From Antedon mediterranea (Eukaryota > Animalia > Echinodermata), in the NCBI RefSeq assembly GCF_964355755.1, contig NC_092672.1:12462001-12526000 (forward strand): 64,000 nt of DNA. The letters run 5' to 3'. Made by a program: the position numbers and the translations under genes. Each line of letters opens with the position of its first letter. Positions within the stretch are counted from its first letter, which is position 1. The notes beneath the pieces were generated by a model, which did not search any database, had not been told where the DNA came from, and saw only the letters and a list, made by a program, of their open reading frames with translations. This document shows, piece by piece, positions 41,601 to 53,600 of this stretch.

Positions 41601-44600
41601 GAAAATGGCCTTGTGGCAATACCATTATTACAAATATAAAGCTACCTCTATAGTGCAGTGTTGCTGGCTCTACACAACTTCTTTCTGAAAATGAAAAAGA
41701 TAATTACGATAATGATTGATAGACTGTTTTACTGCTCTTATTTGTTTGGGTTTTCCTACTTCTAACAGTTTCAAAAGTTGTGTTGGCATCACTATTGATA
41801 ATCTAGTTTTTAGTCGCGTGGAAGCGACTCTATAGTTCACTATGTCGGTCGGTCGGTCTGTCTGTCGGTCTGTCTGTCTGTCTGTCGGTTCGGTATCACT
41901 ATGCGTTTTATCGCTTTCTGACCTTATCTTGATATCAGTTTAATCTAGCTAGGTCAATTTTTCACAGTATATTCCTTATGGCCAGGAATCAATGTGGTTA
42001 TGTTTTCACGGTGCGCAATAAAAAATTACGCGGTCTACGCACGATTTAACGAAATCACGTTTGTAATCATATCTTCACAACCATGAATCACAATTAAATA
42101 AAATTTGGTACTCATAAATTTCAGGGCATAAATCATCATATGGCAATACAATTACGTGCGTAGCGCATGTAACGCATGCGTACGCGCGCTTAAAATTTTC
42201 CAAATTTATTTTCGATGAAATAAGAGTACATTTCAGGCAATTTTAAGCGTTTACAAAATTGCCATGAGTGCGATATTTTTGCGCGCGTACTGCGCGTTAA
42301 ATGTTATTGCGCACTCTTTTTGCCCGATTTCTGTTTTCTTGACTTACTTTTTAACTCGAAATTACGTTATGCGAGCACGTCGAAAGTGACAGGCTACGCA
42401 CGTGTAAATTAAAAAAATATAAATGTTTTTAAACATTTCAACATTTTTAAACATGTTCAGTAATTTCGGTCAGTATAGTTCACTATGTCGGTCGGTCTGT
42501 CGGTCTATCGGTCTGTATGTCGGTCCGGTATCACTATGCATTGTAGCACGCGACTTAATGGCTGTTGGCCTTGTTAAATTGTAGGGTACAGTAATGGTAT
42601 TTCTAGGGCTGGTATATGTAATGCATTTTAACAGATGGTTAATTTATCAAGACTTTACTCAAATCTTGGAAGAAAGAAGAAAACATACAATAACATTGTT
42701 CTTCATAACTTTCGAAAACAAGTTATGTTTTAAAAACACTCATTCATTTTTAAAAGACTTATGTATGGTCAGATGATAACGTATAGTTCAATATTTCTAA
42801 TACTTGTATTTAATAATAGTGGTTGGTACAGTATGTCAGATAGTACAATATGTGTATAATAATGATCATAGTAAGTAATTATTAGGTTTCATGAATAGAT
42901 TGCACGTAAAAGTTGAATAATGTTTTCATTATTTATACAGATATCATTCCAATAGTAAAAGTGTGAAACTGTAAAATCAACCTACTTACTTGTTTTTTCT
43001 GATGTTGAAGACATACGTGTTTCAAATGTCTTTTCTCTTTCTCCTTCAGTGGCATTTTGTTCAGCTGTAAAAAACAATTCATTTTGTAAAAAAGCAACAT
43101 AAAAATTGGAAAAGTTATTGTTTTGAATTCCTTTCCAATCGTGTAGAATTCTTATAAATAAATTCAATAAATAAGTGTAAACAATACCATTCAGTTACTT
43201 TAGAGAACATAAAATAAAAGTAAATAAATGTTCAGACAAACGTACCGGGCAAAAACAGACGCTTGATATGAGCAGTATCCATAGCGTCATTCTTTCCACA
43301 TTCAACCGAATTCTCGTTTAAACACCTTTTGAGATTGTGTAAGTGATGTTTATTTGGATCACAAACAGTGCATAATACACGAAGTTTGTAACCGATACCC
43401 TCGTATATAGTACAGACAGTTTGTAGTTGTTTCTTCAAGTAGCTTAGTACCTAAAATGAGACGGACATTTTATCTCAAGATATAATTTATTATTACATGT
43501 CATAGTATGTTAATTTGTTAATTTCGTGTTCATTACCTCCATGCAGACACTTGGTTGTAGTTCTGGTTTAACTTTCAACTCTATGTTAGTGTCATCAATA
43601 GCTGTAGTAGGACTCCAGATTCTTAGGCGATATATTTCAAGCTGTTAAAAAAACGAAGAGAAACATGTATACATGGGACCATTACTAATTTCAGAATCAC
43701 CTTTTGTTAAATTGAATACAAAATACATCATTAAGTTTACAACTTTAAGTAGGGCTAATATAAACGGACATATTCGATGAGGTAGGTGATTATTAAAGTA
43801 ATCCAGATTTTATGATATTTCCTTTTGCATATATCTTAATTGAAAATGTAAATGAAAGTAAAAGAGCATGTCAATAGATATACTGAATGTATATACCTTC
43901 AATGCATATGGCTTTTCTTGTGTATTGTTAATTTTGACGACACCTAGACTGACTCTATGTTCTTTAAAGTTGAAGTCACTACGATTCCGATATACTAGTG
44001 GATCATCACTGTCGGCTTTCGTCGTCAATTCAAGAAATGCAACAACTAAAGTGTGGTACACAGCATCAGGGAGAAAGTCGGTCGGAGTAAGGTAAATTGA
44101 TACCATTTGCACATTATCATCTTTGGTGACTTCCAGACGCTCGTTGTCCACTTTCATCCGACACGGAACCAAGAACACTCGGTTACTATCTTCAACCCCC
44201 TGTTATGAACATAGTTACATAATTTAAAAGACAAACTTATTTTTTTATTATTCTTAAAATATTAAAATAATGTACTAGTTTTACTATCTACAGTTTTTTC
44301 TTCTTACATCACATTTATGTTTATTTTCATACAATAATGATGTTCATAATGATACTATTATTTTTATTCCTAAAAATAGAAAAAAACTAATTTAAACATA
44401 AAATGATATCAGTCTAGTGAACGTAAAATACGGAACAACTTCCTAAAAACATCACAGATTCATCTACAAAAAAACATGCGGTTCTTTCTTAAAAGATTTT
44501 TCATTTAACTCTAAACTGTTATATTAAAAAATGAAAAAACAGTCAGTTAATGTTTAGCTTTGTTTTTTTCTGTCGCTAATTTGTATTTCCATATACAATT

Positions 44601-47600
44601 ATAACTTGGTTTAATTTGTGTTAGAATTAAACTGTTAATTAATAATTGTGAATCAAAAGCCGAATTATAAATTTATCTATACCATTATCACATTTGTTTT
44701 ATTATTAATTTGTTTGATAATCATTATTTTAAACATGTATTGTTAACTTTGTTTAGATTGCATTTATAATTTAGACCATACATGCATACATAATAATTGT
44801 TAATAAACCTTAGTTTAGGAGTGTGTACTTACCGCCATTTCAAAAAGTAACCGAAACTCCTTCATTACTTCTATAAACACTTCAATGTGGCCTTCTTCCT
44901 GTTGCCATAGATAACGTAGTAACTTCTCCTCGAGAATCCCTTTCTCACTTAGCTTATTCCATAACTGCATCAGTTGCTTCTGTGTAAAAATCGTCTTAAC
45001 TGTATCACTAAACACACGGTAATAATTATGTTTGACGAATCAATGAAATTAAGTCAAGAACAACAATGCAATTCCTGCCTACCTTTTTAATAGTCGGTTT
45101 AACTACTGTGATCACCTTTGTCAACATCTGAATCATTATGTGAATATTTGTTATCACTGTGTTTTCTAATTTCTTGTTAGTATTTGAATACATGATTGCT
45201 CCAATGTCATTTAGGTACGTTAATGCATGTAATAGCCCATCTGTTGAAATTCCACATTCAGTGCAAATCACAGAAGCCTAATAACAAATTGAGATTATTT
45301 AAAGAATTTGCGTACACTCTATTAAATCATAGATGATTATTATAGATCTTACTATAGTTTATTATAATATCTCTATGATTGAATGTAGACGATGGTTTTT
45401 AGAAATTAGAATAATATATTGGGTAAACTCTCAAATTGTTGTAAAAAAGAGACGTTTTGACCAAATTAAAAATATTTGAATTGATGTAAAATATATAAAG
45501 AAACCTAAAATTTTATCAGTGTCTTTAAACTTACTCTATTCTGTCTGATGTCAACTTATTTTATTAGCTGCATTATGGGAGTATGTTTGAATAGGTGTAA
45601 AACATGACCGAAGTAATAATATGTACCGCGTTTAGAGCGTTCAAAACAATTGGCTCTTTATAAATCTAGGATCATCATTATCATTTTGGCTCTTTATAAA
45701 TCCAGGATCATCATTATCAGTGTTATTACCGTTGTCGTCGTCGTCATCGTAATTTTTAATAACGTTCTACCATTTTTGCAGAATTATAAAATTCTGCTAA
45801 AATGGGCAAGCCAGAATGATATACATTGTCCCAAGACCTACAGTATATTTTATAACCAACAAAAGTCAATACATGATTATTATCTTTAAAAAATAAAAAA
45901 CATACCTCAATGAAGGTAATGCATAGTCTGGTTTTTCCCATTCCTTGCAACCTTTCTTGCAAATCAAGCCACTTGAATGGAACGGTTCTCACCATGTCCT
46001 TCATGTAACGACCAACGTTTCTTCTTAGTTGTTTAATACCTTCATGCGATTTTACAGTGTTATCTACCATGTACATCTCACGATCTACATGATCGGCATA
46101 TGGCATTCCTTCCATTGTTCTAAACATTAACTGAAACTTATCCTCCACTTCCTTTAATAAAAATATTGTTTTCATTACAAGCGTAAACAAAACAACACAA
46201 ATTTATCTTTTATTACAAAATGTTCATCCACATTCTGATTTGAATACATCTAGACCGTATACTATTAATTACCGATTATTTAATATAAATGCAGAACCAA
46301 TATTACCTCCATCCAAATTTTTGATTTTGACTTTTTCAATTTGTCCATATGTGTAGCAACCAAACAGATAGGAGGTGACTGGATAATCTTGCCAACAACG
46401 TCAATGGGACTTCCTGGACCATGTCGTTTCACAGTATGTTCATAAATGGACCTTATCCAGAACATATTCATTTCCAAATTGGTCATTCCTAGTGTACTCT
46501 AATATCACAAATAAAATGCAATCTTAAGAAGTAAGCTAAAATATTCTCAATAACAAAGATATGCATATTTAATAAGTGTCGAGCGAAATAAGTAGGTAGT
46601 CAACTTACTGTGGTTGAATCTCGCGGATTAGCTGGTTCATCCAAGTTATCACACGCATTAAACGTTACACAGTAGGATACTCTATTTGTGAGGAAAAACT
46701 AAACAAAATACAATTGATAATAATAACTTTTTTTTAATACTCCAACACATTTATTAGGGATGTGTTAATTGATACATGCACTAATACTTTATTGAAAATG
46801 TTATACCACAACACAATGCCGTACTGTCACTATGAGCAAATCTCTTTATTTTTTAATAATCATTTAACATATAAAACAAAAAATATGAACAAAAGAAAAA
46901 ATATGTAAATCAAACAAAATTTAAAATATAATTTAAAGGTCTGTATAATAGAATAGATACGTAAACAAGCAAATCAAGGCCCTTTTTTTAAACATGCGCC
47001 AATAAATTTATTTTTTAATTTTTAAGACATTTTTAAGTAATAGCAAATAACAAAATAGGAACATACCCTATGCGTTATGTAGTAGTCCAGTTGACCTGCG
47101 TAGTCCCATATAGTAGTTACGTCACTTGGAATACTTTCTGAATCATCACTTTTTACAAATTTCCTAATCATTTTCATCGCCCAACTATCTTTCTGTCTTC
47201 GCTTTTTTATTTTAGCAACAACTTTTCTTTGAATTGAGTCGGGAATTGTCAGATTTTCTTTTAGTTGACTCTCTAAATTCAAATAATTACTACAAATCAA
47301 TGGTGTGTGTGTGTAAATTAGATATGGATATGGATAGATGGACTGGTCTGATATGTTGTGAGTAGACATAATGAATGTTAAAATGGATAAAAACTGTATA
47401 CAATAAATAAATACAACAGGATGATTAAAGAATTGAACGAGCAGCGAATATTTTTGATTGCCCAGTTTTAATACCAATGCAATATTTGCATTTTAATACA
47501 TTTATTTGTTTTCAACAAGAAAAGAAACCTCACTCTTCCCTGGTTGGACTAACTTTTTGAGAACAAAATTTTCCAGAATGTTTCATAATAATGGTATAAT

Positions 47601-50600
47601 GCCATACATATTATTTTATCAAATATAAAGAAAACCAAATGATGAGTCTAACCCTTTCTTGCCGATTCCACTGCCAATGACGTGTAATCAGACTCTCTGG
47701 AATCAGATGTAGAAGCCTCGTCTAAAGAAAGTTCGTTGAAAGATGTTCTTTCTTTCATCTTTGATGTAATTTCTTCCACTACAGCCTCTTCAAATATTCT
47801 CTGGGATTGCTTGAATCTGGAGTTTTCTGTCGGCGAAAATGTATAACTAAAAATGATTATTTGTGTCGTGTTGCACTCATAACGAATAAAATGGTTATAT
47901 TATTATATACTAGAGCAGTGAAATATCACTTATATGCCTGTATAAACTCCACAGTTTAACAAGTACTACTTTATATTAATAATAATAAAACAATAATATA
48001 AACAACACTCCTATGAAGTTATAGTGTGATAATTTTGTGTTTCTTTCAGTATCAGCATGTATAATACACTACATTAATTTATTATTTACATTAAGTTGGT
48101 TTATTTACTTTTTTTTAAGAAAAGAAATTACTATTTTAGATCTTGTCATGCAATTAATTTGTTGTTTATTAATTCGTGCGAGGACTTGTTAGGCCTATTA
48201 CTATTAGTAAAGTGATTATATGCGAAACGACCACACTTTACTTATGCAAAATGATCGTCAAAAATATTAAAAAAAATAATCAAACCTTCCACTGAAAACA
48301 CAGAGTCAGAAGATATAGAACATTCGAAATCAGATATTGAAGGTGTTGAAACTGCACCTTGTAAATGGAATTTGGTTTCAGTTGACGTTTGTTTTTCCAT
48401 CTTTGCTGTGATGTGTTCAGGCGTTTTCTGAGATCTTCCTGCAATTCATTATAATATATTTTTTATACAATATATAGAACGTCTAACATTTCACTTTTAT
48501 GTATGTTTCTATACTGTATGAGTGCATCTTAACTTGATTATGATCACCAATACTGTTTGTTTAGAATAATAAAAATACCCTTGTAATAGAAATTATAGTA
48601 GATAATCATCATACCTGTTTTTACTGGATCCAAAGAAGAGATTGCTGATGATTCCAGTTGGGAATCAGATTTAGATGTTGACATATCTGAACTTCCTTCA
48701 CCATCATCCATTTCTTCCTTTATTAACTGTGTTGCAAGTTTTTCTGCAAGTGCATCTTCCCGTATTTCCTTGTTGAGCTCCATAACTGTAAAAAAAAAAA
48801 GCAAGGTTGTACGGTACACATCTTAGAGATAAATTAAAATATGAAAATTAGAGAAATGAGATCTATCAAAAAATCATCATCATCACATGTAAATAAAATA
48901 AATATAGGCCTATGTAAGTCATATAAGTAATTATAGACCAAAATGCATTTAAGTATTTAATTAAAATATTATTTCCAATGTACCTTACCGGTACGTGTTT
49001 ACCTTTATTATGATACTAATTAATCTCTATAAACAAATTGGCCAAAGCACGCAATTATGCGTATGTTGAACGAAGAAGAAAGAGAGAGTTTCTCTCTTTT
49101 GTGGGGACAGCCCACTTTGAACGAACAGTTAATGTGTCATTTGGTATTGTTGACTTCTTCTTTTCAAACTTACCGTCGATATCTTCCTTCTTCCACTTGT
49201 CACAGTCTTTTCCAATTGCTTGAAACAATGTCGTTGTAATAACAATACCATCAGTAGATGGTTCGTTGGATTTAAATCTACAATATATGAATAATGAACT
49301 CCAAAAGGTCGGATTTAAAAAAAGTAGAATGTATCCAATAGTTCATCTTAAAATATTAATATATTTTAAATAAAAACACAAGTAAATAAGCAAATGACAT
49401 ACCTTCAGCAGCAGCATTTGCATAAAAAGCGTCGTCACCATCACTGTCAATATCATTATCATCATCGTCATTATAATCATCATCATCATAATCATTATTA
49501 TCAATCGTTGATACCTGAAGTTTCGTGTTTGAGTAACGGGTTTTCATTCCTTTTCGAATATTTATTATTATTCGAAAAGGAATGAAAACCCGTTACTCAA
49601 ACACGAAACTTCAGGTATCAACTATTTATAATAAGAACCTCACTAATGCCAATTTCTGTATTTTATATATTAATATACTCAGCACCAAACTTACTATAAA
49701 AAGGTAAACCAAACAACTCTTTTAATGTTGTCAATTGCATTAAAGATAAAGTTGTTTATTAAATGGTTCAAATAACAAAAGAGTGATGTATATTTTATTT
49801 TATAAAAAAACTTTGTTCTTTTGTTACCTTTGTCCAAGCATGGCCTTTACACAACTAGTTTTTCCAGCACCTTCTTTCCCGAGAAACATACATCTTGAAT
49901 TTACAACTGCAATATGGCCATTTTCAAGTTCATTTTGAAATGATCTAATTGCGCTCTCACCTCTAGCTAATATTTCAACTGGAACTAAATTGCAATTAAA
50001 ATAAATGCAAAATATACAAAAACAAATACAAATATTTTGAATCAATTCAAAGCCATAGTTTAAAAAATGTCATTATGACAGCTCATCTTTGTCACATTCG
50101 TACAGTTCAAAGGTACAGTACAATGTTCAATGTGTGTCATTAGTAATACACAGTTTAATATTCATGTTGCAAAACTCAATCAAAGTGTATTAATAAAAAC
50201 TTACTGTCAAATAACTCCAATATCTTATTTTTCTTTTCTTTGGAGATATCACTATTATCCTTCAAAGCAGATGCTGGTGTTTGTCCACGCTATACAAAAA
50301 AAATGTATTAAAGTATTATCCACTGTTACTTTACTAATCTATATATACATTTACGTAAGGGAAACAATCAATCACCCCTTACTTCTAGAATTTTTACTCG
50401 ATGGTATATAAAGTTGGTTCGTACTTTCGGTACTGATTTTAACCACCTTATGTAACTCTGTTTACTAATTAAATTGAGTTAGATAATTATTTATTGACGA
50501 TTAAAGCAAATTTACGATTTGCCCCGAATAGAGATGTTTTTCACAAATTGTTTTACATTATATAAACACATACAAATAAACTTTATTACTGACAGTTGCT

Positions 50601-53600
50601 TCTCAACGTTTGTATTACTTAATAATGTAATTACAAAAAAAATATAAACGTCGTAGTGGTGTATCATTACATGTACTGTACTGCACTTTAATCGACTATG
50701 ACGGTGACAGTTTCAACAAAGTATTAAATCGCAATGTTTAAATGTATTTAGTGGTATATTATTTGTAAAACATGAAAACAATTAATATTTCGTTACTAAA
50801 TGGATAAAGAATATATTAACAAATTGTTCCTATTTGCACTCATCCTCTTTTCCATCCCTCAACCCTAATGTTACATACAAAACACAACTTAAGTTTGTTT
50901 AAATTTGACTCAAACAATTGGTCTCATTTTGTGACAAGTTTCTCTTTCGGAAGTAATTCACAGGCTGCTAATTTTAGTTGAGTACATAAATCACCGTTTT
51001 TATTTATTCGTTATTGTAAATGACATTTATTGTCCTGTGGTACGTACATTTGAAATAGCCAGTTTTTTAACGCTGAAATTACTATGTATTCGAGAAGCAT
51101 CTGTGGACGACCTAGATGCGAGCGAAGCGAGTAAACTATAGTAATTTACATATTCCGGATTGTAATAAACACATGCATAAGCTAATAGTGTGCACACGTT
51201 AATATGACACAATCTGAGTACGTTTGCACTAACAAACAACAATACTGCGCTATATCAAGTACCAGTTATTATTTTTAAAAAGGCTATTAAAAAAAATATT
51301 ATAAAAGAATGGTTGATACTGATTAAATGTACATGTTAATTATCGCATCTATGAGAAATTATCACCACTAGCAGTAACCCGTGCTCCGCATGGTCTTTGT
51401 CGGCTTTAATATATGATTATATACTAATTCGCATGGGATGAGTAAGTATCATATAAGCGCACTCTTCCCTCATAAAACGCCATGGATTTTTTATACACCA
51501 AGTATTCCCTCACTTTTAAGTAACTATGAGCTACAAAATGAAAGCAATACTGGATATGGGACTTTCCGGAAATGGAAAAATTGTGCTGTGTGAATAAGAT
51601 GATGCGCGCAATAACATAACGAAAGTATAAAATGGCGAACTATATTATTTTGGGTGTTTTCGGTGGTATTAATTATTATTTTGATACATTGAAATAAAAA
51701 GTGAACAAAAATTGAACGGAATAGAAAGTGCATGAGATTAAAACATTTTAATAAAGTATTGGAATAAATCAACACAAAAAATAGTCGAATTTGGCAATGA
51801 GCTCGGACACAAACTATTACTTTTTGGGTGTATGTTTTTTTTTAGACAAAAAAATTACTGCTATTGTTTGCATTTTTTGTGTTTATCCTTAAAAAAAATC
51901 AGGAAAGTGACATAGCCTATCGTGTGCGGCCCATCAGTAAACATCAGTGTGCCAAATGTAAGTTCAGTGGTTTTGGAAGAGATACATAAAATTTAAAAAA
52001 ATTAGTAGCATTAATATTTAGATGCTAACATAATGTCTTTAAACAATTGCCGCCCTTTCTGATATTGTTTGGCTCCATCAAGATAATGATTACTGTGTAT
52101 TAGTTAACAAAAGATTTGTAATATTTTAAAGTTGATAGATACTCCTAATCAAAATAAGAGTATACCTTGGATATGTAGGCGTAATGGTTTGCTAATAAGC
52201 ACAATTTAAAAATGCAAATGCAATGTTGTTGCATTAATTGATGGTACCTTGTTTGTTGCTTTAAGTGATGCTCCGTACGCTATGAGACTGTTCACTATTT
52301 CTAGATTACCACTCGTGCCAATCCTAACGTGTTCATGTAGCGGTGTGTTTCCCTCCTGGAAAGCAGAAAGTTGTATGTATAATAATATACATTTTACACT
52401 TTAGATACTAGAACTAAGGTTTAAACAAATTTAATATGTATTCGTTCTGCTCCTACAATTATAACAAGCAATTAACTACTACATCTAATTATTGTATATT
52501 TTGCTTCTCGTGGGCTACTCGTCTTTCAGTAGGTAACTTCGATGATCATCCCTGCCAAATCGGAAGGACTTGTCTGGCGGGTGTAGGCGATTATACAAGT
52601 ATAATTATTTAAACTCTGGCGGCAAATGGAAATGCGTCTGGCAGATGGACAGCCGAGAATGAGTCCAACGGATGTGAAGCATATATGTCTATCGATTATA
52701 GAATGAAAGTTAGATGATAAATCTGAATTAGGGTAAAAAATTGACTTCAGTAATGTAAACGGAGTCCCATCGTTTTATGACTTTTTATGAAATCATACAC
52801 ATAAGCGCCATTATTGGTTCGGCATCATAGTCCGCAAGGTCTATGGTCAAGAAATTATTAAGTAAATGGAGTATGTTGTTAATTGTCTACGATACTGTAG
52901 ACCACAGTATGACATTACTGTAAATAATACAACTAGTTGATTTTAATTGGGACGTGGAGAGGTGTTAGCAATGAACATACTTTTGAAAGTATTGGTATTA
53001 CCGTCTTTGATAAATAAATAACTTTTTACACAATGAAAATAAATTAAACAAACACAAGGTTTGTTTATAATAATGGGAGCTCATTCAAAATAATAACATT
53101 AATAATTGTTTAAATCATTTTAAAAGAGTAATTTACATTGTTTGTTGCTGTGATTGATGCTCCGTGAGCTATGAGACTGTTCACTATCTCTACATTACCA
53201 TGGCCATACCTAACGTGTTCATGTAGGAGTGTGCTTCCATCCTGGAAAGAAGAAATTAGATTAAACTTGACGCATTTTTTTTAAGAATACAGGTAGTATT
53301 ATATTACATATTTATCCTTTTCTACATTCATTTTGTAATTATTTAATAGTGACTGTAAATCATAATAAGGTAATAAGAAAATAAGAAGAAAATAATACAA
53401 TTTGCTGAGTTTAATTATTATAATACAGATGGGTTAGCATTGAACACATTTTAAGAAAATAATAATACAACTTGTACCCTGGAAAGAAGAAAGTTAGATT
53501 AAACTTGACGCATTGTTTTTAAAGAATACAGGTAGTATTATAATTATTACATATTTATCCTTTTCTATATCTCATTTTGTAGTTTATTGAGAGTGACTGT

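Noticed and set aside
47827-47846. Alternative upstream acceptor at 47847-47848 for the 174-nt exon
   Set aside because: It gives an in-frame stop after ~21 codons. The acceptor at 47827-47828 keeps the frame.
49356-49585. Asp-rich and His-rich ORFs
   Set aside because: They are translations of a degenerate (TCA)n microsatellite within an intron.
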